Positions 20,154-31,143 of a DNA stretch of 64,000 nucleotides are shown piece after piece. A program made the translations under genes and the position numbers. The notes under the pieces were generated by a model. It worked only from the letters and a program-made list of their open reading frames with translations, was not told the origin of the DNA and did no database searches. The stretch comes from an uncultured Alphaproteobacteria bacterium (GTDB lineage Bacteria > Pseudomonadota > Alphaproteobacteria > Rhizobiales > Xanthobacteraceae): the NCBI GenBank assembly GCA_963737755.1, contig CAVTTZ010000033.1, positions 803,056 through 867,055 of the forward strand. Reading direction: 5' to 3'. Position 1 is the stretch's first letter; every line of letters starts with the position of its first letter.

Positions 20154-21062
20154 CTAGCCGTGACATTTCTTCCACTTCTTGCCGCTCCCACAGGGGCATT
20201 GGTCGTTCCGGCGAATCTTGCCCTTGGCTTGAGCGCTCTCAATCCGCTGCTGCTGCAACGCCTCGGCTTTCGCGCGCAGACGTTCGACCTCTGCATCTGG
20301 CACTCCGGCAAGAGTTACATGTCGCAGATGGGCGCCGTACAGTTTTCCGTCTTGGTCGTATTCATATTCGACGAGGCGGCGAACTGCGTTATTGGCCGCC
20401 AACATGACAACACGAGTGTGTTCGATCGCAAGTTCCGCATTGCGTGGCGCATCGGAAGACCAAACAAACTGAGTTATCTCCATCCCGCCATACGATGACA
20501 GCGGACGCGACCGTTTCAGTTCTTTATTTTCCTTCAGCGCGTTTTCGATCGACGAAGCGAGTGTGTTTCGCCAGTCACCTGCGCCATCCAAAATGTAACT
20601 GGATAGTTCCGCTCTATGCGGCTCGTTGGACGCGCATAGCAGATCAATAATCTCGGCTATCCGGCTTGACATTTTCTGTCGAGGCTTTGGTGGCGCATCA
20701 CCTACGAGCACGGCGCTGAAATATTCGTCGGCTGGCGTAGTATCGCCATCGAACTGCATCTTGTCGGCATTCTCGGAGAGTTCTTCCGCATACTGTGTGT
20801 AGTTGTTCTCCGTGAGATACATACCGAAGTGATCCATCTCGTCATTGAAATCGACCTTATCGCAACGACCGGCTCTTACGCGCATTTCGACGAAATGCAA
20901 AAAAACTAGCGGATTGTCGAACAGATCGGCGTAAACTCGAAGGTCGTCGAGCGACAGCTGCCACAACGGGCGTTGGCCGACATCGATCCCGAGTGCCGCA
21001 AGATGTTGCGCGCGAGCTGCCAGCGCCGTGAAGGCATCGAGCGTGATTGTGCATACGGTCAC
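20154..21062 (-). CDS. Hypothetical protein with C-terminal SEC-C zinc-ribbon motif (CPCGSGKKWKKCHG); low-GC island gene C
   Basis: 302-aa ORF, GTG start, about 52% GC versus about 65% flanks; C-terminal SecA-type metal-binding motif. Confidence 0.5.
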   Translation of the reverse strand: MTVCTITLDAFTALAARAQHLAALGIDVGQRPLWQLSLDDLRVYADLFDNPLVFLHFVEMRVRAGRCDKVDFNDEMDHFGMYLTENNYTQYAEELSENADKMQFDGDTTPADEYFSAVLVGDAPPKPRQKMSSRIAEIIDLLCASNEPHRAELSSYILDGAGDWRNTLASSIENALKENKELKRSRPLSSYGGMEITQFVWSSDAPRNAELAIEHTRVVMLAANNAVRRLVEYEYDQDGKLYGAHLRHVTLAGVPDAEVERLRAKAEALQQQRIESAQAKGKIRRNDQCPCGSGKKWKKCHG

Positions 21063-21126
21063 ATGCCGGAAATCCGAAAGTCGCAGTTTCGCAATTTCAT
21101 TGTGTCCTGCGTTCGCAATAGAGACC

Positions 21127-22074
21127 TCAGGTGCGCTTTCCTAGAAATCCACAAATCGGCTTCCTTGCCGAGCGGGCGCTTGGAGAAGCGTACGAAGTGA
21201 CACGAGATGAGCATCGAGATCGTTCGCGGGCGATGTGTACGTGAAAGCTGCCACCCTTCACCTCGATTACGAAGAGGTGGTCTTCATAGGTCAAGATGCC
21301 ATCGGCCTCATGCCACTGCGCCGGGCCACCGCCGACTTTCCATCTGTAGTAAATCGGCCGATATACGCGTGCGCCGGGCATTAACCGGGTTAGGTAGGTG
21401 AACGGCAATTCTTCAGAGACCGCCTTTTGACCGTCGTTCCACGGTTCCTTGTAGGCGGGTTCAAGCTCCACAACGATGCGCCGTAATACGCGATATATGT
21501 TGTCGAACAGGCTGAAGATGTCGAAGCAATACGTCGAGCCATTGAGCCGTATGAACGGTCGCCGCATTACCGGCCAAATGCGCAGGGGCCATCCTGCAAA
21601 TTCGCCGGGGGCGAAGAATTCCGTGTCTTCGCCGGGGGAATAACTCAGTGCGTCCAGCATGGCCCTCGGCAGGATGGTGTTTTTGCCAACGTCGAACAGA
21701 TCAAGACCGAACATCGCGCCTGCGAACCTGTCGCGCTGCGCAGCAAGGTCGCGGTCTTCAAATACTTTGGCCATCAGTGCTTCGAAGTCTAGGTCTTGGT
21801 GCTTAGCTGCAAGCTGATCAATCCGGGCCATCGACTTCGCGTGCAATTCCTTCATGTCGGTTGCGATGTTCATTAGGCCATGCGTAAGTCTAGTCAAAAT
21901 CTTGTCGAACTCCGCCGTGAGTGCAACTGCGTCAAGTCCGAACAGCTTCAACAGAATGTTCGAATGCGGAGCGAGCACATCGAGCAGCGCCCGCTGCTCA
22001 TGAAGCTGATAGCGTTTGCCTCGAATATTTAGCCAGAGTGTTTCCGCGCGAAACCGAAACTCCTCCAACTGCAT
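21127..22074 (-). CDS. Hypothetical protein with PD-(D/E)XK nuclease-like motif (..HEADGILTYEDHLFVIEVKGG..); low-GC island gene B, probably continuous with gene A through a frame break
   Basis: 315-aa ORF; D...E-V-K core at about 21256-21303; the last about 40 residues are low-complexity and may be out of frame. Confidence 0.5.
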   Translation of the reverse strand: MQLEEFRFRAETLWLNIRGKRYQLHEQRALLDVLAPHSNILLKLFGLDAVALTAEFDKILTRLTHGLMNIATDMKELHAKSMARIDQLAAKHQDLDFEALMAKVFEDRDLAAQRDRFAGAMFGLDLFDVGKNTILPRAMLDALSYSPGEDTEFFAPGEFAGWPLRIWPVMRRPFIRLNGSTYCFDIFSLFDNIYRVLRRIVVELEPAYKEPWNDGQKAVSEELPFTYLTRLMPGARVYRPIYYRWKVGGGPAQWHEADGILTYEDHLFVIEVKGGSFHVHIARERSRCSSRVTSYASPSARSARKPICGFLGKRT

Positions 22075-22609
22075 ATCCAGTTGCGAGTTCTTGAGCCCTT
22101 CGGTGAGCCGTCAGGCACATCTGATAGTCGAGCGTGAGCCGCCGGAACAATGTCTCAACATTCGCTTTCAGCTTGATCCAATCCTCCTCGCTTACGTCGG
22201 CGGCATACTGCTCCGGCTTCATTGATACGATTACGCTTTGCACATAATCGACCATCCGGGCTGCTGCGAGCTTTTCTGAATCACCAGCCTCTTTCCCGCC
22301 CAAGCCGACCATCGTTGCAGAATATTCCCACCAGCCCCGTTGAAGCAGGCGATCAGGGGGTAGGCGGACGATCTGCGCTGCGATGGAGGCGACAAGGGCG
22401 TCGATCTCGCCGACCGTCATGGGATACTGAGCCGCCATTTTGGCTTGGGCGGCCTCAAATTGCTCTTGTGTTGCCCGTGAGCGGCCTATCATCAGCCGGC
22501 CGAACCGCGCGAACTCCATAGGCCCGGCGGCGAAATAGTCGTCGGGCTTTACGTTTTTGGCCTTTCTCTTTTTTGACTTGCCCACAGTAGGTTCTCCCGC
22601 GCGAGGCAC
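21998..22609 (-). CDS. Hypothetical protein, basic N-terminus (GKSKKRKAKNVKPDD); low-GC island gene A, overlaps gene B by 77 bp in another frame (likely one gene with a frame break)
   Basis: 203-aa ORF with GTG start preceded by GGGGG; frame 0 upstream of gene B ATG is open back to 22033. Confidence 0.4.
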   Translation of the reverse strand: MPRAGEPTVGKSKKRKAKNVKPDDYFAAGPMEFARFGRLMIGRSRATQEQFEAAQAKMAAQYPMTVGEIDALVASIAAQIVRLPPDRLLQRGWWEYSATMVGLGGKEAGDSEKLAAARMVDYVQSVIVSMKPEQYAADVSEEDWIKLKANVETLFRRLTLDYQMCLTAHRRAQELATGYAVGGVSVSRGNTLAKYSRQTLSAS

Positions 22610-22858
22610 GATATACCCCCACGCTTTACCGTCTCGGCTTTGAGAACGGCGCCATCATCCTTGAGCTTGCGTTTGGAAACTCAACGTAGGGACTCGCCGC
22701 CGTCTTTATCAATCCGGCCAAAATCGTCGCAGAACCGCAAGGACTTACTCCGGCGCTTGCGCTGGTCCTACTTTAATTGCGGCGCGGACCGTCGCTATCG
22801 GCACTTAGCGATGCGGACTTTCGGAAGCAAAGCGGAGCTGCGCAAACATAAGAGAGTC

Positions 22859-24616
22859 TCACCCAGTCCGTTCGCCCGCAGCCGCGGCAAGCTCGGCCAT
22901 GATGCGTTCGCGCATGACGAATTTCTGCGGCTTGCCGGTCGCCGTCATCGGAAAGTCCGGCACGAAGCGGATGTGGCGCGGTATTTTATGATGTGAGATC
23001 TGTCCGCGGCAGAAGGTTTGGATGTCGTCCGCCGTCGCTGCCTGGCCGGGCTTGAGCACGATGAAAGCGCAAATGTCTTCGCCGAGGCGGTGATCCGGAA
23101 CGCCGAATACCTGCGCGGACTGCACCTTCGGATGACGCAGCAAAAACTCCTCGATCTCACGCGGATAAATATTCTCGCCGCCGCGGATCAGCATATCCTT
23201 GAGCCGACCGACGATGCTGCAATAACCCTGCGGGTCGATGGTCGCCAGATCGCCGGAATGCATCCAGCCGGCTTCGTCGATGGCGTCGGCGCTGCGTTCG
23301 CGATCGTCCCAGTAGCCCCGCATCACGCCATAGCCACGCGTGCACAATTCCCCCTGCTCGCCGACGCGTACGGCTTTGCCGCTCGCATCGACGATCTTGA
23401 CCTCGACATGCGGATGGATGCGCCCCACTGTCGAGACGCGGCGATCGACCGGGTCGTCGGGACGCGACTGAAATGATAGCGGGCTCGTTTCGGTCATGCC
23501 GTAGCCGATGGTGACTTCGCGCATGTGCATACGGTCGATCACCGCCCGCATGGTGTCGATCGGGCACGGCGCACCCGCCATGATGCCGGTGCGCAATGTC
23601 GAGGTGTCGTAGTTGGCGAAATTCGCGTGCTCAAGCTGGGCAATGAACATGGTCGGCACGCCATGCAGCGCGGTGCAGCGGTAACGCGCCACGGCAGCGA
23701 GCGTCGCTTCGGCATCAAACCCTTCGGCGGGAAACACCATGCCGGCGCCGACCGCCGTGCAGGTGAGCACGCCGAGCACCATGCCGAAGCAGTGATAGAG
23801 CGGCACCGGAATGCACAGCCGGTCTTCGGCCGTCAGCGCCATCGCCTTTGCCGAATAGCGCGCATTGTTGACGATGTTGAAGTGCGTCAGCGTTGCGCCC
23901 TTGGGCGATCCGGTGGTGCCGCTGGTAAATTGAATATTGATGGCGTCGTCGGGATCGAGCGTTGCAGAGAGCGCGTCGAGCCGATTGCGGTGTGCGGGTC
24001 CCGCGAGCGATACCAATTGAGAAAACAGGCGGACGCCGGAGGGATGCGGCCCGTCGTCGAGCAGCACGACGTGTTTCAGATGCGGAAGCCGTTTCGCCTG
24101 CAGGGTTTCGGCTTGCCGATCGATCTCCGGCGCGACGGTGCGCAGCATTTCGACATAGTCGCTCGCGCGGTGGCGCCGGGCCATGATCAGCGCTTTGCAG
24201 CCAACCTTGTTGAGCGCGTATTCGAGTTCGGACGCCCGATAGGCCGGATTGATGTTGACCAGAATGGCGCCGATGCGCGCGGTGCCGAATTGGGTGAAAA
24301 GCCACTCGGCACGATTGGGCGCCCAGATGCCGACCCGATCGCCGCGCCCGATGCCGAGCGCCAGAAGACCCGCGGCAACGTCATTCGCGCGCTCGCGCAA
24401 ATCGTACCAGGACAGCGATTGCTTTTTCTCAGCGAAAATCGCGGCGGGGCGTCCGCCGTGCCGGGTGCAGGCGCGATCCAGCAACTGTGCGACCGTCATG
24501 TATTTGAGCGGGTCGTCGCTGGTGCCGGCGACGTAGGATAGCGGCCCTTGCGGCCGCAGATGATCGTCGCCGCGCCCGCGCAGGAAATCCGAACTGAACG
24601 GGTTGTGGATGCTCAC
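22859..24616 (-). CDS. AMP-dependent acyl-CoA synthetase (medium-chain/AtuH-like); start uncertain (GTG 24616 or ATG 24499)
   Basis: [23 protein letters not shown] motifs; intact. Confidence 0.75.
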   Translation of the reverse strand: MSIHNPFSSDFLRGRGDDHLRPQGPLSYVAGTSDDPLKYMTVAQLLDRACTRHGGRPAAIFAEKKQSLSWYDLRERANDVAAGLLALGIGRGDRVGIWAPNRAEWLFTQFGTARIGAILVNINPAYRASELEYALNKVGCKALIMARRHRASDYVEMLRTVAPEIDRQAETLQAKRLPHLKHVVLLDDGPHPSGVRLFSQLVSLAGPAHRNRLDALSATLDPDDAINIQFTSGTTGSPKGATLTHFNIVNNARYSAKAMALTAEDRLCIPVPLYHCFGMVLGVLTCTAVGAGMVFPAEGFDAEATLAAVARYRCTALHGVPTMFIAQLEHANFANYDTSTLRTGIMAGAPCPIDTMRAVIDRMHMREVTIGYGMTETSPLSFQSRPDDPVDRRVSTVGRIHPHVEVKIVDASGKAVRVGEQGELCTRGYGVMRGYWDDRERSADAIDEAGWMHSGDLATIDPQGYCSIVGRLKDMLIRGGENIYPREIEEFLLRHPKVQSAQVFGVPDHRLGEDICAFIVLKPGQAATADDIQTFCRGQISHHKIPRHIRFVPDFPMTATGKPQKFVMRERIMAELAAAAGERTG

Positions 24617-24651
24617 GGGGCGCAGCCGCTCATGTGGCGCACGATCGCCGA

Positions 24652-26175
24652 TCAGAAATTCCGCCAATCCCCGAACTGCTCGAAGACATGGGCGGCGCGA
24701 TAAATCGTGGTCTCGGCATAATGCTTGCCGATCAGCATCATGCCGATCGGCAGGCCGTCGCTCATGCCGCAGGGGATTTGCATCGCCGGATGCCCGGTCA
24801 CATCGAACGGACAGGTATTCGGCAGCATCTCGAAGCCGCGCTGGCACCACAGCGCCAGCGGCGCGTTGTTGGGCGGCAGCGGCGTCGCCTTCAGGGGCAG
24901 CGTCGGCATCATCAGAAGATCGTAACGCGCGAGCGCATCGTCATACGTCTTGCGCAACTGGCGGCCGAGATTTTGCGCCTTGGCGTAGAAGTGGCCGCGG
25001 TGATGCTTGATGAAATATTCGCCGGCCAGCATGGAGATTTTGAGCGTGCGCGACAGCTCGTCGGCGCGCGCGCGCCAGTTGGCATGGGCGTCGAGCAGGC
25101 TCGTGGTGTAGAGGCCCTTCCAGTTGAAGCCCATGCCGTTGCCGCTCATCATCTGGGCGACTAGGCCCTCGAGTGCGATCGGCGTCCAGATCGCGACGCC
25201 GTCGCGATGCATCGGGATCGACACCGGTTCAACAATGGCGCCGGCGCCGCGCAAACGCTCGGCGGCCTCGCGCACTTTTGCGTCAACGTCCGCTTCGCTC
25301 GCCGGCCAGCCGAAGCCTTCCTGGACAAGCCCGATGCGCATGCCGGAAACGCCGCGGCCCATGCCGGTGGTGTAGCTGTATTTTTCCGGCTGCACGTCGT
25401 ACTGGCGCGGATCGAGACCATCGGCGCCGGCAATCACCTCCAGCAACAACGCGCTGTCGGCGACCGTGGTCGTCATCGGTCCGACATGATCGATGGTCGC
25501 CTCGATCGGCATGACGCCGGTGTAGGGCACGAGGCCGTGCGTCGCCTTCATGCCGTAGCAGCCCGAATAGGCCGCCGGCATGCGGATCGAGCCGCCCTGA
25601 TCGCCGCCGATCGCCATTTCGACTTCGCCGGCGCCGACCAGCGCACCGCAGCCCGACGACGAGCCGCCGGCCGAATAGCCGTGCTTGAAGGGATTGTGCA
25701 CCGGACCGTGCGCCGAGGTGTGGCTGCCGCCGGACAAACAAAAATACTCGCAATGCGCCTTGCCGACGATGGTGCCGCCGGCATCGAGGATGCGGGTCAC
25801 GACCGTGGCGTCGATATCCGGCACATAGCCTTCCAGCGTGGAAGCGCCGTTCATCATCGGCACGCCGGCCAGGCAGATATTGTCCTTGAGGACAATGCGC
25901 TTGCCGGACAGCGGTCCGTGCGCGGCGCCGCGCACCTCCGTCTTGACCGCCCAGGCATTGAGCGGATTTTCGTTGGCGCCGGGACGATAGCCGGGCGTGC
26001 GCGGATAGCGCACCGGCGGCAAATAGTCGGGCAGCTGATTGACCCGGTCGTAGGCCTGGAAAGTGCCTTCCAGCACGTCGAGATATTCGGCGACTTCGCC
26101 TTGCGACATGCTCAGATGCAGCGAGTTGACGATGTCGTGCATCTGTTCGAGCGTTGGCCGTCTGACGGTGGACAT
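24652..26175 (-). CDS. Amidase (amidase-signature family)
   Basis: [15 protein letters not shown] signature; own ATG at 26175 preceded by AGGGGG SD. Confidence 0.8.
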   Translation of the reverse strand: MSTVRRPTLEQMHDIVNSLHLSMSQGEVAEYLDVLEGTFQAYDRVNQLPDYLPPVRYPRTPGYRPGANENPLNAWAVKTEVRGAAHGPLSGKRIVLKDNICLAGVPMMNGASTLEGYVPDIDATVVTRILDAGGTIVGKAHCEYFCLSGGSHTSAHGPVHNPFKHGYSAGGSSSGCGALVGAGEVEMAIGGDQGGSIRMPAAYSGCYGMKATHGLVPYTGVMPIEATIDHVGPMTTTVADSALLLEVIAGADGLDPRQYDVQPEKYSYTTGMGRGVSGMRIGLVQEGFGWPASEADVDAKVREAAERLRGAGAIVEPVSIPMHRDGVAIWTPIALEGLVAQMMSGNGMGFNWKGLYTTSLLDAHANWRARADELSRTLKISMLAGEYFIKHHRGHFYAKAQNLGRQLRKTYDDALARYDLLMMPTLPLKATPLPPNNAPLALWCQRGFEMLPNTCPFDVTGHPAMQIPCGMSDGLPIGMMLIGKHYAETTIYRAAHVFEQFGDWRNF

Positions 26176-27192
26176 GGGGCCCCCTAATGATGTGACGGCT
26201 GCGGGCGCTGCCGGCGCCGCACTGCGCGGTCGCCCGTTGCGGGCGGATGCTGATGATGAAGCGGCGCGCGGCGCGCCGGACGGTCGAATGGCAACCGCCG
26301 TCGCAGTGTCGCGATTGGCCGGCGCGCGCTGCGGAACGTTCACCTGCGGGACGACCGTGAGCTGCGGACGCGGACGCGCCGCGGCACCGCCGCCGGTCCC
26401 CGCGTAGGTGCTGCGCGCGCCGCCGAGACCGACAAGCTCCGCAATGGCACCGCCCTGCACGGCGCCGACGTCGAGTTCGCGGGTAATGCGGCCGCGCTCG
26501 ACCAGAACGATGCGGCTGGCGACATCGAGCACGAGTTCAAGATTCTGCTCGACGATCAGCATGGAGAGACGATGCTTCTCCCGCAAACTTGCCAGCAGTT
26601 CGCCGATCTCCTGAACGATGGACGGCTGAATGCCTTCCGATGGCTCGTCGAGCAGGAGGAGCCACGGCACCGGCACCAAAGCCCGCGCCAGCGCCAGGAT
26701 CTGCTGCTCGCCGCCGGACAACGCGCCGCCACGGCGATCCAGCAATCGTGTCAGCCGCGGAAACAACGCCAGCACGCGCTCGATCGCCCGCTCTTCGGTC
26801 TCGCCTGAGTCCGGCGTCCAGGCCAGGCGCAAATTTTCGTGGGCGCTCAGGCCCGGAAGAATGCCGCGACCTTGCGGCACATAAGCAACGCCGAGCCGGC
26901 TGCGCTCATGCGCCGCCCAGGTGGTGACGTCGCCGCCGTCGATCACGATCTTGCCGCCGCGCGCCGGCAGCAATCCCATGATCGCCTTCATGAGCGTGGT
27001 CTTGCCCATGCCGTTGTGGCCGACGATGCCGATCGCCTCGCCTTCCCAAAGCTGCAGCGAGATGCCGTGGAGCACCGGCACTTCACCATAGCCCGCCTGC
27101 AGGTCGGTGATGTCGAGAACGATACCGCTGGGCGCAGCGTCATCGGCCGCGGTCTCGTCGCCTCGGGTCTCGCCGGCTTCGCGAACGCTCAT
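26176..27192 (-). CDS. ABC transporter ATP-binding protein (LivF/UrtE family); natural stop not identifiable, ORF reads through into the amidase gene (true C-terminus probably near 26.4 kb)
   Basis: Walker A GHNGMGKTT, LSGGEQQ, LLLDEP; ATGA overlap with upstream ATPase; the about 75 residues after ..AELVGLGG are Ala/Pro/Arg-rich low-complexity. Confidence 0.6.
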
Positions 27193-27916
27193 GCGCGGTT
27201 CCCCAGATAGACTTCGCGCACACTCGGATCGGTCAGGACTTTTTCAGCATGGCCTTCGAGCAGGATCGCGCCCTGATGAAAGACCGTGATCAGGGAATTG
27301 AGCGTCCGCACAAAATGCATGTCGTGATCGACCACGATCAGGGTCGCGGTCTGATTGATCCGGCGGATGATGGCGATCAGACGCTCGGTCTCGATATTGG
27401 TAAGGCCGGCCGCGGGCTCGTCGAGCAGAACGAGCCACGGCTTGTTGGCGAGCACGGTGCCGATTTCGACCAGTTGGCGCTGACCGTGCGCAAGCTCGCC
27501 GACCAGCCGCCGCGCGATTCCGGTCAGTTCGAGCTCGTTCAGGACTTCTTCGACGACGGCATCGACACCGTCATGGCCGGCGGTGCGGCGCGCGGAGAGC
27601 CAGAGATTTTCCGCGACCGTCAGCCCGTTCATCACCGACGGCACCTGCGTCTTGATGCCGATCCCGAGCCGTACGATCTGATGCGTCGACCAGCCGCTAG
27701 TGTCCTGGCCACGGATCAGAACGCGGCCGCTGGCATTGCCGCCGCGGACCTGGCCGGTGAGCGATTTGAAAAACGTGCTCTTGCCGGCGCCGTTCGGGCC
27801 GATCAGACAACGCAATTCGCGTTCGCGGAGCACGAAGTTGACGTGATCGACCGCAAGCACGCCGCCAAAGCGCACGGCCAGATCCTGGGTCTCGACAACC
27901 GCCTCGCTCACTGTTT
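27189..27916 (-). CDS. ABC transporter ATP-binding protein (LivG/UrtD family)
   Basis: GPNGAGKST, LSGGQ-like, HDMHFV; GTG start overlapping permease stop (GTGA). Confidence 0.75.
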
Positions 27917-28960
27917 GGCGTCCTGCAATGCGATGCGGCGCCGCCGCGTTCCGCGGGCCTGCCGGCGATGCACTTGTGCCTGAGCAAGACGCTGCCGCCA
28001 GAGCGTAAAGCTCGGCGCAAAACCGCGCGGCACAAGCAGCACCACCAGAATCAAGATCGCGCCCAGCACGAGCGAATTGTCGACCAAAGTTTGATGTCCA
28101 AGCTCGAGCTTCAGCGATCCGAGCACGATCGCCGCGATCATCGGCCCGACCAGCGTGCCGAGCCCACCGACAATGACCCAGATCAAGACCTCGGCCGTGG
28201 TGCCGAGGCTGAACACGCTCGGGGTGACGATCTCGGCCCAGTTGGCAAACAGGCAGCCGGCGAGCCCCGCCATCGCCGCGCAAACCGAAAAGATCGCGGT
28301 CTTGTAAGCCGGAACGTTGTAGCCGAGCAGCTCCATCCGGGTTTCGTTTTCACGAATGCCGATCAGCGTGCGGCCGAAGGCGCTCGACAAGATCCATCGC
28401 GCCACCAGATAAGCAAGGAACAGACAGACGATCACGACGTAATAGTAAGCGGTGCCGTAGATCTCCATCTTTGGATCGCCCGGCACATTCAATGTCGGGA
28501 ACGCCGGTATGCCGTTGAAGCCGCCGAGCCGCGCGTTGCCGATCTTGTAGGCGTCGCCGGCAGTAGCATTCATAAAGCGGTTGAGGATGAGCGTGACCAC
28601 CAGGGTCATCACGCCGAGATAGACATCGCTGATACGGCCATAGAACATCAGCGCGCCGATGATGGCGGCGACCACCGCCGGCACGATCAGCGCGAGCAGC
28701 ACCGGCACCGTGCTCTCGCCGATGTTGAAGGACGCAATCGCGTAGGTGTAGGCGCCGAGGCCGAAATAGGCGGCATGGCCGAAGCTGAGAATGCCGGCAA
28801 ATCCCCACATCAGGGCGAGCGACAAGGCGAACAACGCCCAAACCGCCAACAAAATCGGCGTATTGGTTTCGCTCACCAGCGGCAAAGCCGCCAGCAGCAC
28901 GGCGAGCGCCGCGAGCCAGTTCCATTGGATCCGCCCGATGCCGAACGCTGCGCCTGTCAT
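27908..28960 (-). CDS. ABC permease (LivM/UrtC family)
   Basis: Intact 350-aa polytopic membrane protein, LivM-like. Confidence 0.8.
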   Translation of the reverse strand: MTGAAFGIGRIQWNWLAALAVLLAALPLVSETNTPILLAVWALFALSLALMWGFAGILSFGHAAYFGLGAYTYAIASFNIGESTVPVLLALIVPAVVAAIIGALMFYGRISDVYLGVMTLVVTLILNRFMNATAGDAYKIGNARLGGFNGIPAFPTLNVPGDPKMEIYGTAYYYVVIVCLFLAYLVARWILSSAFGRTLIGIRENETRMELLGYNVPAYKTAIFSVCAAMAGLAGCLFANWAEIVTPSVFSLGTTAEVLIWVIVGGLGTLVGPMIAAIVLGSLKLELGHQTLVDNSLVLGAILILVVLLVPRGFAPSFTLWRQRLAQAQVHRRQARGTRRRRIALQDAKQ

Positions 28961-29823
28961 GTCGAGTTACGGAAAAATTGCCCGGTGATGCCTTGCGGCA
29001 TCAGCCGCAGGAGCACGAGGGCGAGCGCCAGCATGGCGATTTCACCGAGCACCGGCGTCGACGCAAACGACACCAACTGGTCGACGGCGCCGAATAGCCC
29101 GGCGGTCGACAGCGTGCCGGCGATCACGGCCGCACCACCGGTGATGACGGTGATGAACGCCTTGGCGATGTAGGCGCCTCCGATCGACGGCAGCAGCCCG
29201 GTGAGCGGCGCCATCACGCCGCCGGCAAGGCCGGACAAGGCGGCGCCGACCGTGAACGTCAGCATGAAGATCGTGCTCGGATTGTAGCCGAGCGACGCGA
29301 CCACATCCCTGCCCTGCATGGTGCCGCGCGCAATCAGCCCGACGCGGGTGTAGCGCAGCACGAACCACATCGCGCACATCAGGATCACCGCTACCGCGAT
29401 GACGAACAGATTGTAGCCGCCCATCTGATAATGGCCGATGCGATAGCCGGGGATCGGCGTCGGCACGCTCACTGGCGTATTGCCGAAGATCAAGGTGACG
29501 AGGCCGATCAGCAAAAGACTCAAGCCCCAGGTGGCGAGCATGATGTCGATCATGCGCCCATAGAGAAACCGCACGATCAAGCGTTCGACGATCAGCCCGA
29601 TAATGCCGACCACAATGGGCGCGATCACCAGCATGGCAAAATAGATGTTGATGCCGGCCTTGGCGGCCGCAATGGTCGCATAGCCGCCGAGCATGACGAA
29701 TTCGCCGTGCGCAAGGTTGATCACGCGCATCATGCCGAACACGACCGCCAATCCCGCGCTGATCAGCGCGAGAAAGGCGATCATGTAGAGAATTTCCAGA
29801 ACGACGATCGCCGCGTAGTCCAT
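28957..29823 (-). CDS. ABC permease (LivH/UrtB family)
   Basis: MDYAAIVVLEILYMIAFLALISAGLAVVFGMMRVINLAHGEF.. LivH-like. Confidence 0.8.
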   Translation of the reverse strand: MDYAAIVVLEILYMIAFLALISAGLAVVFGMMRVINLAHGEFVMLGGYATIAAAKAGINIYFAMLVIAPIVVGIIGLIVERLIVRFLYGRMIDIMLATWGLSLLLIGLVTLIFGNTPVSVPTPIPGYRIGHYQMGGYNLFVIAVAVILMCAMWFVLRYTRVGLIARGTMQGRDVVASLGYNPSTIFMLTFTVGAALSGLAGGVMAPLTGLLPSIGGAYIAKAFITVITGGAAVIAGTLSTAGLFGAVDQLVSFASTPVLGEIAMLALALVLLRLMPQGITGQFFRNST

Positions 29824-29875
29824 TCCATCAGCCCGTTTGGCGGCGGCGGGCAGCACGCCCGCCGCGCGTTCGGCT

Positions 29876-31099
29876 TTAGATCTTGACTTCGTATTGCGTG
29901 TTGTCGTCGGGGTTCTTCTGCAGGTCGCAATACTGCGCCGTGTCGGCCGGCGGTCGTTGCGGCGCGGTGTCGATGATGGTGAGCTTCTGATCCTTGACCA
30001 CCATCAGATGAATGTCGAGCGCGCAATGGTGGGTCTTGGGATCGACCGCGATAACGCCGGCCGGGCCCTCGATCTTCAGGCCGGTCTCGAGCGCCTTGAT
30101 CACCGCTTCGCGTTCGATCGATCCGGCTTTGCGCACCGCTTCCGCCCACAGCAGGATGCCCTGATATTGCGAAACCGCCAGTTCGTGCACCAGCTTGGCA
30201 TCGCCGTATTTCTTGGCCCAGGCGGCGAGGAATTTTTTGTTGGCGGGCGTGTCGATCTCAGGGCTGTAATTGCCGGCGATCAGAATGCCGTCGCCTTCGG
30301 CGGCCGACAGCGCCAGATGCTCGTTGCCGACCCCGAACGTGGTCGAGGTCAGCGGGATCTTCTTGTTCATACCGGACGCCGCCCATTGGCGGAAGAACGA
30401 CATGTGAGCGCCGCCGACCAAAGCGGCGACCACGAAGCTCGGCCCGGCATCTTGGATCTTGGCGATGGTCGAGCCGAAGTCGGAGACATCGAGCGGGAAG
30501 AAGTTCGTGGCCAGCACCGTGCCCTTGCGCGCCTCGACATAGTGCGCGACCCACTTGGCGGTGATCTGGCCGTAGTTATAGTCGGCGGCCAGCACGTAGA
30601 CCTTGTTGCCCCATTTCTTCATCGCGTAGTCGATGATCGGCTCGACCGCTTGCGCGGGCGTCGTGCCGGTGACGAAGCAATTGCGGTCGCAGACGCCGCC
30701 CTCGTAGAGGATGTTATAGAAATAAAGCGTGTTGCCGCGGCGGAAGGTCTGGCGGATCGCTTCGCGCGACGCCGAGGTGATGCCCGCATGGGCGACATCG
30801 ACCTTGTCTTCGCGCACGAGCTGCTGGGCGTATTTGGTGTAGAGCGCGATATCGGACTGGCTGTCGTACTGCTTGAGCTCGATCTTGCGGCCGAGCAACC
30901 CGCCGGCGGCGTTGATCTCCTCGACCGCCAGATTGTTCGCCATCACGATCGGCTTGCCGTAGATGTCGAGCACGCCGGAATTGTCGTCGATGGCGCCGAG
31001 CTTGATCGGCGCATCCTCCGCATGGACGGGAAACAGCGGCACGCCGGCCAGCACGGCAGCGGCACCGGCGGAATTGAGCAAGGTCCTGCGGGAAATCAT
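29876..31099 (-). CDS. Periplasmic substrate-binding protein of urea/short-chain-amide ABC transporter type (UrtA/FmdD-like)
   Basis: Signal peptide MISRRTLLNSAGAAAVLAGVPLFPVHA; type I periplasmic binding fold sequence. Confidence 0.8.
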   Translation of the reverse strand: MISRRTLLNSAGAAAVLAGVPLFPVHAEDAPIKLGAIDDNSGVLDIYGKPIVMANNLAVEEINAAGGLLGRKIELKQYDSQSDIALYTKYAQQLVREDKVDVAHAGITSASREAIRQTFRRGNTLYFYNILYEGGVCDRNCFVTGTTPAQAVEPIIDYAMKKWGNKVYVLAADYNYGQITAKWVAHYVEARKGTVLATNFFPLDVSDFGSTIAKIQDAGPSFVVAALVGGAHMSFFRQWAASGMNKKIPLTSTTFGVGNEHLALSAAEGDGILIAGNYSPEIDTPANKKFLAAWAKKYGDAKLVHELAVSQYQGILLWAEAVRKAGSIEREAVIKALETGLKIEGPAGVIAVDPKTHHCALDIHLMVVKDQKLTIIDTAPQRPPADTAQYCDLQKNPDDNTQYEVKI

Positions 31100-31143
31100 G
31101 GAAGCGTTCCTTCGGGTTCTCTGATGTCGGGAAACCTGTGCAG

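Noticed and set aside
20054-20407. 117-aa plus-strand ORF with GAGG SD overlapping the 3' end of island gene C
   Set aside because: It is antisense to a better-supported ORF and its amino-acid composition looks random.
24652-27192. Genuine bifunctional ABC-ATPase-amidase protein
   Set aside because: The amidase has its own strong SD and ATG. The linker is low-complexity, typical of out-of-context high-GC translation. The window has many indels that could remove a stop.
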